A stretch of 64,000 nucleotides of DNA from Camelus ferus (taxonomy: Eukaryota): positions 119,042,001-119,106,000 of the forward strand of contig NC_045697.1 in assembly GCF_009834535.1 (NCBI RefSeq). Direction: 5' to 3'. The notes beneath the pieces were generated by a model. It was given only the letters and a program-made list of their open reading frames with translations, was not told the origin of the DNA and made no database searches. Shown piece by piece: positions 38,801 through 52,890 of the stretch. A program made the position numbers and the translations under genes. Position 1 is the first letter of the stretch. Every line of letters starts with the position of its first letter.

Positions 38801-41800
38801 TTCCCTTCAAGATAGGTGAAGGACGGCTTTCACACACACTCATCTCTCAGAAATTAGCATGTGGAGAGACGTTCGTTCATCTAGCATAAAGGGACCGGGT
38901 TGAAGTAGTAACTTTACTGTGGTTTCTCAGTCTGTTTCCTAGTGCCTGTTTGAAGTACCTGCATTTTTCAGTGTAAAACCGAGTTGGAGCTAGCACCTCC
39001 CCATATATATGTATGGAGTGGAGTTTGCAACTGAAAAGAAACTATGTTTTCCAAACAAGCTAGTTGAATGCCGGCTTTCACAACCACTTATATCTCAGAA
39101 CTGAGCATGTGGAGAGACGTTCGTTCATCTAGCACAAAGGGAATCGGTTGCAGGAGAAACTTTTATTCTGGTTTCTAAGTCTGTTTCCTAGTGCCGGTTT
39201 GAAGTTCATGCAGTTTTCACTGTAAAACAGAGTTGGAGCTAGTACCTCCCCATATATATGAATGGAGTGGAGTTTGCAACTGAAAAGATACTATTTGTTC
39301 CCAACAAGCTAGTTGAAGAATGGCTTTCACACACACTTATATCTCAGAACTGAGCATGTGGAGAGACGTTCGTTCATCTAGCACAAAGGGAATCGGTTGC
39401 AGGAGAAACTTTTACTCTGGTTTCTCAGTCTGTTTCCTAGTGCCGGTTTGAAGTTCCGGCAGTTTTCACTGTAAAACAGATTTGGAGCTACTACCTCCCC
39501 ATATATATGTATGGAGTGGAATTTTCATCTGAAAAGAAAATTTGTATTCCCAAAAAGCTAGGTGAAGGACGGCTTTCACACACACTTATCTCTCAGAACT
39601 GAGCACGTGAAGAGACGTTTGTTCATCTAGAACCAAGGGTACGGGTTGCATTAGAAACTTTTTCTCTGGATTCTCTGTCTGTTTCCTATTGCTGGTTTGA
39701 AGTTCCTGCAGTTTTCACTCTTAAACCGAGTTGGACCTATAAACGCCCCATATATATGTATGGAGAGGAGTTTGCTACTGAAAAGAAAGTTTGTGTTCCC
39801 AACAAGCTAGGTGAAGTACGGCTTTCACACACACTTTTCTCTCAGAACTAAGCATGTGGAGAGACGTTCGTTCATTTAGCAAAAAGGGAACGGGTTGCAG
39901 GAGAAACTTTTACTCTGGTTTCTCAGTCTGCTTTCTACTGCTGGTTTGAAGTTCCTGCAGTTTCCACTGTAAATCCTAGTAGGAGCTAGTACCTCCCCAT
40001 ATATAAGTTTGGAGTGGAGTTTGCACCTGAAAAGAAACTTTGTGTTCCCTACAATCTATGTGAAGGGCGGCTTTCACACACTTAACTCTCAGAACTGAGC
40101 ATGTGGGAGATGTCCGTACATCTAGCACAAAGGGATCGTGTTGTAGGGGAAACTTTTACTATGGTTTCTCAGTCTGTTTCCTAGTTCGGTTTTGAAGTTC
40201 CTGCAGTTTTCACTGAAAAACCGAGTTGGAGCTAGTACATTCCCATATATATTTACAGAGTGTAGTTTGCAACTGAAATGAAAATTTGTGTTCCCAACAA
40301 GCTAGTTGAAGACGGCATTCACACACACTTATTTCTCAGAACTGAGCATGTGGAGAGACGTTCATTCATCTAGCACCAAGGGAAAGGGTTGCAGAAGAAA
40401 CTTTTAATCTGGTTTCTCCGTCTGTTTTCTAGTGCCGGTTTGAAGTTCCTGCAGTTTTCACTTTAAAACATAGTTAGAGCTAGTACCTCCCCATATATAT
40501 GTACGGAGTGGAGTTTGCAACTGAAAAGAAACTTTGTTTTCAAAACAAGCTATGTGAAGGACGGCTTTCACACACACTTATCTCTCAGAACTGAGCATGT
40601 GGAGAGACGTTCGTTCATCTAGCACAAAGGGAACTTGTTGCAGGAGAAAATTTTACTGTGGTTTCTCAGTCTTTTTCCTAGTGCCGTTTTGAATTTCCGG
40701 CAGTTTTCACTTTAAAACCGAATTGGAGCTAGTACCTCCCCATATATATGTATGGAGTGGAGTTTGCACTTGAAAAGTTACTTTGTGTGCCCTACAAGCT
40801 AGGTGAAAGACGGCTTTCACACACTTATCTCTCAGAACTGAGCATGTGCAGAGAAGTTCGTTCATCTAGCACAAAGGGAATCGGTTGCAGGAGAAACTTT
40901 TACTCTTGTTTCTCAGTCTGTTTCCTACTGCCGGTTTGAAGTTCCTGCAGGTTTCACTGTAAAACCGATTTGCAGCTAGTACCTGCCCATATATATGTAT
41001 GGAGTGGAGTTTGCTACTGAAAAGAAAATTTGTGTTCAAAACAACCTAGGTGAAGGACGGCTTTCACACTCACTTATCTCTCAGAACTGAGCATGTGGAG
41101 AGAAATTTGTTCATCTAGCACAAAGAGAACTTGTTGCAGGAAAAACTTTACTCTTGTTTCTCAGTCTGTTTCCTACTGCCGTTTTGAAGTTCCTGCATTT
41201 TTCACTGTTAAACCAAGTTGGAGCAAGTACCACCCCATATATATGTATGGACTGGAGTTTGCAACTGAAAAGAAACTTTGTTTTCAAAACAAGCTATGTG
41301 AAGGACGGCTTTCACACACACTTATCTCTCAGAACTGAGCATGTGGAGAGACGTTCTTTCATCTACCACAAATGGAACTGGTTGCAGGAGAAACTTTTTC
41401 TCTGGGTTCTCAGTCTGTTTCCTACTGCCGGTTTGAAGATCCTGCAGTTTTCACTGTAAAACCGAGTTGGAGCTAGTACCTCCCCATATATATGTATGGA
41501 GTGGGGTTTGAAACTGAAAAGAATCTTTGTGTTCCCATCAAGCTAGATGAAGGACGGCTTTCACACACACTTATCTCTCAGAACTGAGCATGTGGAGAGA
41601 CGTTCGTTCATCTAGCACAAAAGGAACGTGTTGCAGCAGAAAAAGTTACTGTGGTTTCTCAGTCTGTTTCCTAGGGCCGGTTTGAAGTTCCTGCAATTTT
41701 CACTGTAAAACCGAGTTGGAGCTAGTACCTCCCCATATATTTCTATGGATTGGCGTTTGCAACTGAAAAGAAACTTTGTGTTCCCAAATAGCTAGTTGCA

Positions 41801-44720
41801 GTACGGCTTTCACACACACTTATCTATCAGAACTGAGCATGTGGAAAGACGTTCGTTCTTCTAGCACAAAGGGAACGGGTTGCAGGAGAAACTTTTATTC
41901 TGGTTCCACAGTCGGTTTCCTAGTGCCGGTTTGATGGTCCTGCAGGTTTCACTCTTAAACACATTTGGAGCTACTACCTCCCAATATATATGTATGGATT
42001 GGTGTTTGCAACTGAAAAGAAACTTTGTTTTCCCAACAATCTAGATGAAGGGCGTCTTTCACACACATTTATATCTCAGAACTGAGCATGTGGAGAGACG
42101 TTCGTTCTTCTAGCACAAAGGGAACGGGTTGCAGGAGAAACTTTTACTGTGGTTCCTCAGTCTGTTTTCTAGTGCCGGTTTGAAGTTCCTTCAGTTTTCA
42201 GTGTAAAACCGAGTTGGAGCTAGTACCTCCACATACATATGTATGGAGTGGATTTTGCACCTGAAAAGATACTTTCTGTTTCCTACAAGCTAGGTGAAGG
42301 ACGGTTTCACAAACACTTATCTCTCAGACCTGATCATGTGGAGACTTTCGTTCATCTAGCACAAAGGGAATCGGTTGCAGGAGAAACTTTTACTCTGGTT
42401 TCTCAGTCTGTTTCCTAGTGCCGGTTTGAATTTTCTGCAGTTTTCACTGTAAAGCCGAGTTGGAGCTTGTACCTCCCCATATATATGTATGGAGTGGAGT
42501 TTGCAACTGAAATGAAAATTTGTGTTCCCAACAAGCTAGTTGAAGACGGCATTCACACACACTTATCTCTCAGAACTGAGCATGTGGAGAGACGTTCGTT
42601 CATCTAGCACCAAGGGAAAGGGTTGCAGAAGAAACTTTTAATCTGGTTTCTCCGTCTGTTTTCTAGTGCCGGTTTGAAGTTCCTGCAGTTTTCACTGTAA
42701 AACCGAGTTAGAGCTAGTACCTCCAAATATATATGTACGGAGTGGAGTTTGCAACTGAAAAGAAACTTTGTTTTCAAAACAAGCTATGTGAAGGACGGCT
42801 TTCACACACACTTATCTCTCAGAACTGAGCATGTGGAGAGACGTTCGTTCATCTAGCACAAAGGGAACGTGTTGCAGGAGAAAATTTTACTGTGGTTTCT
42901 CAGTCTTTTTCCTAGTGCCGTTTTGAAGTTCCTGCAGTTTTCACTTTAAAACCGAATTGGAGCTAGTACCTCCCCATATATATGTATGGAGTGGAGTTTG
43001 CACTTGAAAAGTTACTTTGTGTGCCCTACAAGCTAGGTGAAAGACGGCTTTCACACACACTTATCTCTCAGAACTGAGAATGTGCAGAGACGTTCGTTCA
43101 TCTAGCACAAAGGGAATCGGTTTGCAGGAGAAACTTTTACTCTTGTTTCTCAGTCTGTTTCCTACTGCCGGTTTGAAGTTCCTGCAGGTTTCACTGTAAA
43201 ACCGATTTGCAGCTAGTACCTGCCCATATATATGTATGGAGTGGAGTTTGCTACTGAAAAGAAAATTTGTGTTCAAAACAACCTAGGTGAAGGACGGCTT
43301 TCACACTCACATATCTCTCAGAACTGAGCATGTGGAGAGAAATTTGTTCATCTAGCACAAAGAGAACTTGTTGCAGGAAAAACTTTTACTCTGTTTTCTC
43401 AGTCTGTTTCCTAGTGCCAGATTGATAGTCCTGCAGCTTTCACTTTTAAACCGATTTGGAGCTAATAACACCCCATATATATGTATGGAGTGGAGTTTCC
43501 ACCTGAAAAGTAATTTTGGGTTCCCAACACGCTAGGTGAAGGACGGCTTTCACACACACTTATCTCTCAGAACTGAGCATGTGGAGAGACGTTCGTTCAT
43601 CTAGCCCAATAGGAACGGGTTGCAGGAGACACTTTTACTCTGGTTTCTCAGTCTGTTTCCTAGTGCCGTTTTGAAGTTCCTGCATTTTTCACTGTTAAAC
43701 CGAGTTGGAGCAAGTACCACCCCATATATATGTATGGACTGGAGTTTGCAACTAAAAGAAATTTTGTGTTCCCAACAAGCTAGTTGAAGAACAGCTTTCA
43801 CAGACACTTATTTCTCAGAAATGAGCATAAGAGACATTCATTCATCTACCACAAACTTAACGGGTTGCAGGAGAAATTTTACTCTGTTTCCTCAGTCTGT
43901 TTCCTAGTGCCGGTTTGAAGTTCCTGCAGTTTTCTCTGTAAAACCGAGTTGGAGCAAGTACCACCTCATATATATGTATGGAGTGGAGTTTGCAACTGAA
44001 AAGAAATTTTGTGTTCCCAACAAGCTAGGTGAAGGACGGCTTTCACACACACTTATCTCTCAAAACTGAGCATAAGGAGAGACGTTCGTTCTTCTAGCAA
44101 AAAGGGAACGGTTTGCAGGAGAAACTTTCACTCTGTTTTCTCAGTCTGTTTCCTAGTGCCGGTTTGAAGTTCCTGCATTTTTCACTGTAAAACCGTGTTG
44201 GAGCTTCTACCTCCCCATATATATGTATGGAGTGGAGTTTGCAAAGAAAAGAAACTTTGTCTTCCCAAAAAGCTAGGTGAAGGACGGCTTTCACACACAC
44301 TTATCTCTCAAAAGAGAGCATGTGGAGAGACGTTCGTTCATCTAGCACAAAAGGAAACGGTTGGAGGAGAAACTTTGACTCTGGTTTCTCAGTCAGTTTC
44401 CTAGTGCCGGTTTGAATTTCCTGCAGTTTTCACTGTTAAACCGAGTTGGAGCTAGTACCTCCCCATATATATGTATGGATTGGCGTTTGCAACTGAAAAG
44501 AAACTTTGTGTTCCCAACAAGCTAGTTGAAGAACAGCTTTCACAAACACTTATTTCTCAGAACTGAGTATGTGGAGAGACATTCGTTCATCTAGCACAAA
44601 CTTAACGGGTTGCAGGAGAAATTTTACACTGTTTCCTCAGTCTGTTTCCTAGTGCCGGTTTGAAGTTCCTTCACATATCTCTGTAAAACCGTGTTGGAGC
44701 TAGTATCTACTCATATATAT
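35883..44720 (+). repeat. Long-range duplicate of ~68-10640, differing by +2 monomers and by one fewer 9-mer copy
   Basis: CTATAACTCTGTATTGTCAG at 116 and 35931. Identical ORFs 2072/37887 and 2448/38263 (offset 35815). The offset is 36312 after 3450. The rare marker GCTAATAACACCC occurs at 9383 and 43461 (offset 34078). Confidence 0.88.
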
Positions 44721-47700
44721 GTATGGAGTGGAGTTTGCAAATGAAAAGAATCTTTGTGTTCCCATCAAGCTAGATGAAGGACGGCTTTCACACACACTTA
44801 TCTCTCAGAACTGAGCATGTGGAGAGACGTTCGTTCATCTAGCACAAAAGGAACGTGTTGCAGCAGAAAAAGTTACTGTGGTTTCTCAGTCTGTTTCCCA
44901 GGGCCGGTTTGAAGTTCCTGCAATTTTCACTGTAAAACCGAGTTGGAGCTAGTACCTCCCCATATATTTCTATGGATTGGCGTTTGCAACTGAAAAGAAA
45001 CTTTGTGTTCCCAAATAGCTAGTTGCAGTACGGCTTTCACACACACTTATCTATCAGAACTGAGCATGTGGAGAGACGTTCGTTCTTCTAGCACAAAGGG
45101 AACGGGTTGCAGGAGAAACTTTTATTCTGGTTCCACAGTCGGTTTCCTAGTGCCGGTTTGATGGTCCTGCAGGTTTCACTCTTAAACACATTTGGAGCTA
45201 CTACCTCCCAATATATATGTATGGATTGGTGTTTGCAACTGAAAAGAAACTTTGTTTTCCCAACAATCTAGATGAAGGGCGTCTTTCACACACATTTATA
45301 TCTCAGAACTGAGCATGTGGAGAGACGTTCGTTCTTCTAGCACAAAGGGAACGGGTTGCAGGAGAAACTTTTACTGTGGTTCCTCAGTCTGTTTTCTAGT
45401 GCCGGTTTGAAGTTCCTTCAGTTTTCACTGTAAAACCGAGTTGGAGCTAGTACCTCCACATACATATGTATGGAGTGGATTTTGCACCTGAAAAGATACT
45501 TTCTGTTTCCTACAAGCTAGGTGAAGGACGGTTTCACAAACACTTATCTCTCAGACCTGATCATGTGGAGACTTTCGTTCATCTAGCACAAAGGGAATCG
45601 GTTGCAGGAGAAACTTTTACTCTGGTTTCTCAGTCTGTTTCCTAGTGCCGGTTTGAATTTTCTGCAGTTTTCACTGTAAAGCCGAGTTGGAGCTTGTACC
45701 TCCCCATATATATGTATGGAGTGGAGTTTGCAACTGAAATGAAAATTTGTGTTCCCAACAAGCTAGTTGAAGACGGCATTCACACACACTTATCTCTCAG
45801 AACTGAGCATGTGGAGAGACGTTCGTTCATCTAGCACCAAGGGAAAGGGTTGCAGAAGAAACTTTTAATCTGGTTTCTCCGTCTGTTTTCTAGTGCCGGT
45901 TTGAAGTTCCTGCAGTTTTCACTGTAAAACCGAGTTAGAGCTAGTACCTCCAAATATATATATACGGAGTGGAGTTTGCAACTGAAAAGAAACTTTGTTT
46001 TCAAAACAAGCTATGTGAAGGACGGCTTTCACACACACTTATCTCTCAAAAGAGAGCATGTGGAGAGACGTTCGTTCATCTAGCACAAAAGGAAACGGTT
46101 GGAGGAGAAACTTTGACTCTGGTTTCTCAGTCAGTTTCCTAGTGCCGGTTTGAATTTCCTGCAGTTTTCACTGTTAAACCGAGTTGGAGCTAGTACCTCC
46201 CCATATATATGTATGGATTGGCGTTTGCAACTGAAAAGAAACTTTGTGTTCCCAACAAGCTAGTTGAAGAACAGCTTTCACAAACACTTATTTCTCAGAA
46301 CTGAGTATGTGGAGAGACATTCGTTCATCTAGCACAAACTTAACGGGTTGCAGGAGAAATTTTACACTGTTTCCTCAGTCTGTTTCCTAGTGCCGGTTTG
46401 AAGTTCCTTCACATATCTCTGTAAAACCGTGTTGGAGCTAGTATCTACTCATATATATGTATGGAGTGGAGTTTGCAAATGAAAAGAATCTTGTGTTCCC
46501 ATCAAGCTAGATGAAGGACGGCTTTCACACACACTTATCTCTCAGAACTGAGCATGTGGAGAGACGTTCGTTCATCTAGCACAAAAGGAACGTGTTGCAG
46601 CAGAAAAAGTTACTGTGGTTTCTCAGTCTGTTTCCCAGGGCCGGTTTGAAGTTCCTGCAATTTTCACTGTAAAACCGAGTTGGAGCTAGTACCTCCCCAT
46701 ATATTTCTATGGATTGGCGTTTGCAACTGAAAAGAAACTTTGTGTTCCCAAATAGCTAGTTGCAGTACGGCTTTCACACACACTTATCTATCAGAACTGA
46801 GCATGTGGAGAGACGTTCGTTCTTCTAGCACAAAGGGAACGGGTTGCAGGAGAAACTTTTATTCTGGTTCCACAGTCGGTTTCCTAGTGCCGGTTTGATG
46901 GTCCTGCAGGTTTCACTCTTAAACACATTTGGAGCTACTACCTCCCAATATATATGTATGGATTGGTGTTTGCAACTGAAAAGAAACTTTGTTTTCCCAA
47001 CAATCTAGATGAAGGGCGTCTTTCACACACCTTTATATCTCAGAACTGAGCATTTGGAGAGACGTTCGTTCTTCTAGCACAAAGGGAACGGGTTGCAGGA
47101 GAAACTTTTACTGTGGTTCCTCAGTCTGTTTTCTAGTGCCGGTTTGAAGTTCCTTCAGTTTTCACTGTAAACCGAGTTGGAGCTAGTACCTCCACATACA
47201 TATGTATGGAGTGGATTTTGCACCTGAAAAGATACTTTCTGTTTCCTACAAGCTAGTGAGGACGGTTTTCACAAACACTTATCTCTCAGACCTGATCATG
47301 TGGAGACTTTCGTTCATCTAGCACAAAGGGAATCGGTTGCAGGAGAAACTTTTACTCTGGTTTCTCAGTCTGTTTCCTAGTGCCGGTTTGAATTTTCTGC
47401 AGTTTTCACGGTAAAGCCGAGTTGGAGCTTGTACCTCCCCATATATATGTATGGAGTGGAGTTTGCAACTGAAATGAAAATTTGTGTTCCCAACAAGCTA
47501 GTTGAAGACGGCATTCACACACACTTATCTCTCAGAACTGAGCATGTGGAGAGACGTTCGTTCATCTAGCACCAAGGGAAAGGGTTGCAGAAGAAACTTT
47601 TAATCTGGTTTCTCCGTCTGTTTTCTAGTGCCGGTTTGAAGTTCCTGCAGTTTTCACTGTAAAACCGAGTTAGAGCTAGTACCTCCAAATATATATATAC

Positions 47701-50700
47701 GGAGTGGAGTTTGCAACTGAAAAGAAACTTTGTTTTCAAACAAGCTATGTGAAGGACGGCTTTCACACACACTTATCTCTCAGAACTGAGCATGTGGAGA
47801 GACGTTCGTTCATCTAGCACAAAGGGAACGTGTTGCAGGAGAAAATTTACTGTGGTTTCTCAGTCTTTTTCCTAGTGCCGTTTTGAATTTCCTGCAGTTT
47901 TCACTTTAAAACCGAATTGGAGCTAGTACCTCCCCATATATATGTATGGAGTGGAGTTTGCACTTGAAAAGTTACTTTGTGTGCCCTACAAGCTAGGTGA
48001 AAGACGGCTTTCACACACACTTATCTCTCAGAACTGAGAATGTGCAGAGACGTTCGTTCATCTAGCACAAAGGGAATCGGTTGCAGGAGAAACTTTTACT
48101 CTTGTTTCTCAGTCTGTTTCCAACTGCCGGTTTGAAGTTCCTGCAGGTTTCACGTAAACCGATTTGCAGCTAGTACCTGCCCATATATATGTATGGAGTG
48201 GAGTTTGCTACTGAAAAGAAAATTTGTGTTCAAAACAACCTAGGTGAAGGACGGCTTTCACACTCACATATCTCTCAGAACTGAGCATGTGGAGAGAAAT
48301 TTGTTCATCTAGCACAAAGAGAACTTGTTGCAGGAAAAACTTTTACTCTGTTTTCTCAGTCTGTTTCCTAGTGCCAGATTGATAGTCCTGCAGCTTTCAC
48401 TTTTTAAACCGATTTGCAGCTAGTACCTGCCCATATATATGTATGGAGTGGAGTTTCCACCTGAAAGAAATTTGGGTTCCCAACACGCTAGGTGAAGGAC
48501 GGCTTTCACACACACTTATCTCTCAGAACTGAGCATGTGGAGAGACGTTCGTTCATCTAGCCCAATAGGAACGGGTTGCAGGAGACACTTTTACTCTGGT
48601 TTCTCAGTCTGTTTCCTAGTGCCGTTTTGAAGTTCCTGCATTTTCACTGTTAAACCGAGTTGGAGCAAGTACCACCCCATATATATGTATGGACTGGAGT
48701 TTGCAACTAAAAAGAAATTTTTGTGTTCCCAACAAGCTAGTTGAAGAACAGCTTCACAGACACTTATTTCTCAGAAATGAGCATAAGAGACATTCATTCA
48801 TCTACCACAAACTTAACGGGTTGCAGGAGAAATTTTACTCTGTTTCCTCAGTCTGTTTCCTAGTGCCGGTTTGAAGTTCCTGCAGTTTTCTCTGTAAAAA
48901 CCGAGTGGAGCAAGTACCACCTCATATATATGTATGGAGTGGAGTTTGCAACTGAAAAGAAATTTTGTGTTCCCAACAAGCTAGGTGAAGGACGGCTTTC
49001 ACACACACTTATCTCTCAAAACTGAGCATAAGGAGAGACGTTCGTTCTTCTAGCAAAAAGGGAACGGTTTGCAGGAGAAACTTTCACTCTGTTTTCTCAG
49101 TCTGTTTCCTAGTGCCGGTTTGAAGTTCCTGCATTTTTTCACTGTAAAACCGTGTTGGAGCTTCTACCTCCCCATATATATGTATGGAGTGGAGTTTTGC
49201 AAAGAAAAGAAACTTTGTCTTCCCAAAAAGCTAGGTGAAGGACGGCTTTCACACACACTTATCTCTCAAAAGAGAGCATGTGGAGAGACGTTCGTTCATC
49301 TAGCACAAAAGGAACGGTTGGAGGAGAAAACTTTGACTCTGGTTTCTCAGTCAGTTTCTAGTGCCGGTTTGAATTTCCTGCAGTTTTCACTGTTAAACCG
49401 AGTTGGAGCTAGTACCTCCCCATATATATGTATGGATTGGCGTTTGCAACTGAAAAGAAACTTTGTGTTCCCAACAAGCTAGTTGAAGAAACAGCTTTCA
49501 CAAACACTTATTCTCAGAACTGAGTATGTGGAGAGACATTCGTTCATCTAGCACAAACTTAACGGGTGCAGGAGAAATTTTACACTGTTTTCCTCAGTCT
49601 GTTTCCTAGTGCCGGTTTGAAGTTCCTTCACATATCTCTGTAAAACCGTGTTGGAGCTAGTATCTACTCATATATATGTATGGAGTGGAGTTTGCAAATG
49701 AAAAGAATCTTTGTGTTCCCATCAAGCTAGATGAAGGACGGCTTTCACACACACTTATCTCTCAGAACTGAGCATGTGGAGAGACGTTCGTTCATCTAGC
49801 ACAAAAGGAACGTGTTGCAGCAGAAAAGTTTCTGTGGTTTCTCAGTCTGTTTCCTAGGGCCGGTTTGAAGTTCCTGCAATTTCACTGTAAAACCGAGTTG
49901 GAGCTAGTACCTCCCCATATATTTCTATGGATTGGCGTTTGCAACTGAAAAGAAACTTTGTGTTCCCAAATAGCTAGTTGCAGTACGGCTTTCACACACA
50001 CTTATCTATCAGAACTGAGCATGTGGAGAGACGTTCGTTCTTCTAGCACAAAGGGAACGGGTTGCAGGAGAAACTTTTATTCTGGTTCCCAAGTCGGTTT
50101 CCTAGTGCCGGTTTGATGGTCCTGCAGGTTTCACTCTTAAACACATTTGGAGCTACTACCTCCCAATATATATGTATGGATTGGTGTTTGCAACTGAAAA
50201 GAAACTTTGTTTTCCCAACAATCTAGATGAAGGGCGTCTTTCACACACATTTATATCTCAGAACTGAGCATGTGGAGAGACGTTCGTTCTTCTAGCACAA
50301 AGGGAACGGGTTGCAGGAGAACTTTTACTGTGGTTCCTCAGTCTGTTTTCTAGTGCCGGTTTGAAGTTCCTTCAGTTTTCACTGTAAAACCGAGTTGGGA
50401 GCTAGTACCTCCACATACATATGTATGGAGTGGATTTTGCACCTGAAAAGATACTTTCTGTTTCCTACAGCTAGGTGAAGGACGGTTTCACAAACACTTA
50501 TCTTCTCAGACCTGATCATGTGGAGACTTCGTTCATCTAGCACAAAGGGAATCGGTTGCAGGAGAAACTTTTACTCTGGTTTCTCAGGTCTGTTTCCTAG
50601 TGCCGCGGTTTGAATTTTCTGCAGTTTTCACTGTAAGCCGAGTTGGAGCTTGTACCTCCCCATATATATGTATGGAGTGGAGATTGCAACTGAAATGAAA

Positions 50701-52890
50701 ATTTGTGTTCCCAACAGCTAGTTGAAGACGGCATTCACACACACTTATCTCTCAGAACTGAGCATGTGGATAGACGTTCGTTCATCTAGCACCAAGGGAA
50801 AGGGTGCAGAAGAAACTTTTAACTCTGGTTCTCCGTCTGTTTTCTAGTGCCGGTTTGAAGTTCTGCAGTTTTCACTGTAAAACCGAGTTAGAGCTATACC
50901 CTCCAAATATATATATACGGAGTGGAGTTTGCAACTGAAAGAAACTTTGTTTCAAAACAAGCTATGTGAAGGACGGCTTTCACACACACTTATCTCTCAG
51001 AACTGAGCATGTGGAGAGACGTTCGTTCATCTAGCACAAAGGGGAACGTGTTGCAGGGAAACTTTTACTGCTGGTTTCTCAGTCTTTTTCTAGTGCGTTT
51101 TGAATTTCCTGCAGTTTTTCACTTTAAAACCGAAGTGGAGCTAGTACCTCCCCATATATATGTATGGAGTGAGTTTGCACTGAAAAGTTACTTTGTGTGC
51201 CCTACAAGCTAGGTGAAAGACGGTCCCTTTCACACACACTTATCTCTCAGAACTGAGAATGTGCAGAGACGTTCGTTCATCTAGCAAAGGGAATCGGTTG
51301 CAGGAGAAACTTTTACTCTTGTTCTCAGTCTGTTTCCTACTGCCGGTTTGAAGTTCTGCGGTTTCACTGTAAAACCGATTGCAGCTAGTACCTGCCCATA
51401 TATATGTATGGAGTGGAGTTGCTACTGAAAAGAAAATTTGTGTTCAAAACAACCTAGGTGAAGGACGGCTTCACACTCACATATCTCTCAGAACTGAGCA
51501 TGTGGAGAGAAATTTGTTCATCTAGAACACAAAGAGAACTTGTTGCAGGAAAACTTTTACTCTGTTTTCTCAGTCTGTTTCCTATTGCCAGATGATAGTC
51601 CTGCAGCTTCACTTTTAAACGATTGCAGCTAGTACCTGCCCATATATATGTATGGAGTGGAGTTTCCACCTGAAAAGAAATTTTGGGTTCCCAACACGCT
51701 AGGTGAAGGACGGGCTTTCACACACACTTATCTCTCAGAACTGAGCATGTGGAGAGACGTTCGTCATCTAGCCCAATAGGAACGGGTTGCAGGAGACACT
51801 TTTACTCTGGTTTCTCAGTCTGTTTCCTAGTGCCGTTTTGAAGTTCCTGCATTTTTCTGTTAAACCGAGTTGGAGCAGTACCACCCCATATATATGTATG
51901 GACTGGAGTTTGCAACTAAAAAGAAATTTTGTGTTCCCAACAAGCTAGTTGAAGAACAGCTTTCACAGACACTTATTTCTCAGAAATGAGCATAAGAGAC
52001 ATTCATTCATCTACCACAAACTTAACGGCTGCAGGAGAAATTTTACTCTGTTTCCTCAGTCTGTTTCCTAGTGCCGGTTTGAAGTTCCTGCAGTTTTCTC
52101 TGTAAAACCGAGTTGGAGCAAGTACCACCTCATATATATGATGGAGTGGAGTTTGCAACTGAAAAGAAATTTTGTGTTCCAACAAGCTAGGTGAAGGACG
52201 GGCTTTCACACACACTATCTCTCAAAACTGAGCATAAGGAGAGACGTTCGTTTTCTAGCCAAAAAGGGAACGGTTTGAGGAGAAACTTTCACTCTGTTTT
52301 TCTCAGTCTGTTTCTAGTGCCGGTTTGAATTCCTGCATTTTTCACTGTAAAACCGTGTTGGAGCTTCTACCTCCCCATATATATGTATGGAGTGGAGTTT
52401 TGCAAAGAAAAGAAACTTTGTCTTCCCAAAAGCTAGGTGAAGGACGGCTTTCACACACACTTATCTCTCAAAGAGAGCATGTGGAGAGACGTTCGTTCAT
52501 CTAGCACAAAAGGAACGGTTTGGAGGAGAAAACTTTGACTGGTTCTCAGTCGTTTCCTAGTGCCGGTTTGAATTTCTGCAGTTCATGTTTTATTAACCGA
52601 GTTGGAGCTAGTACCTCCCCATATATATGTATGGATTGGCGTTTGCAACTGAAAAGAACTTTGTGTTCCCAACCAGCTAGTTGAAGAACAGCTTTCACAA
52701 ACACTTATTTCTCAGAACTGAGTATTGGAGAGACATTCGTTCATCTAGCACAAATAACGGGTTGCAGGAGAAATTTTACACTGTTTCCTCAGTCTGTTTC
52801 CTAGTGCCGGTTTTGAAATTCCTTCACATATCTCTGTAAAAACCGTGTTGGAGCTAGTATCTACTCATATATATGAGGAGTGGAGTTTTG
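41510..52890 (+). repeat. Higher-order repeat of 13 monomers (~3.22 kb) arranged as 13-mer, 7-mer, 13-mer, 13-mer
   Basis: TGATCATGTGGAGACTT at 42331, 45558, 47293 and 50513 (spacings 3227, 1735, 3220). Junction marker GCAAATGAAAAGAATC at 44737, 46475 and 49694. Confidence 0.88.
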
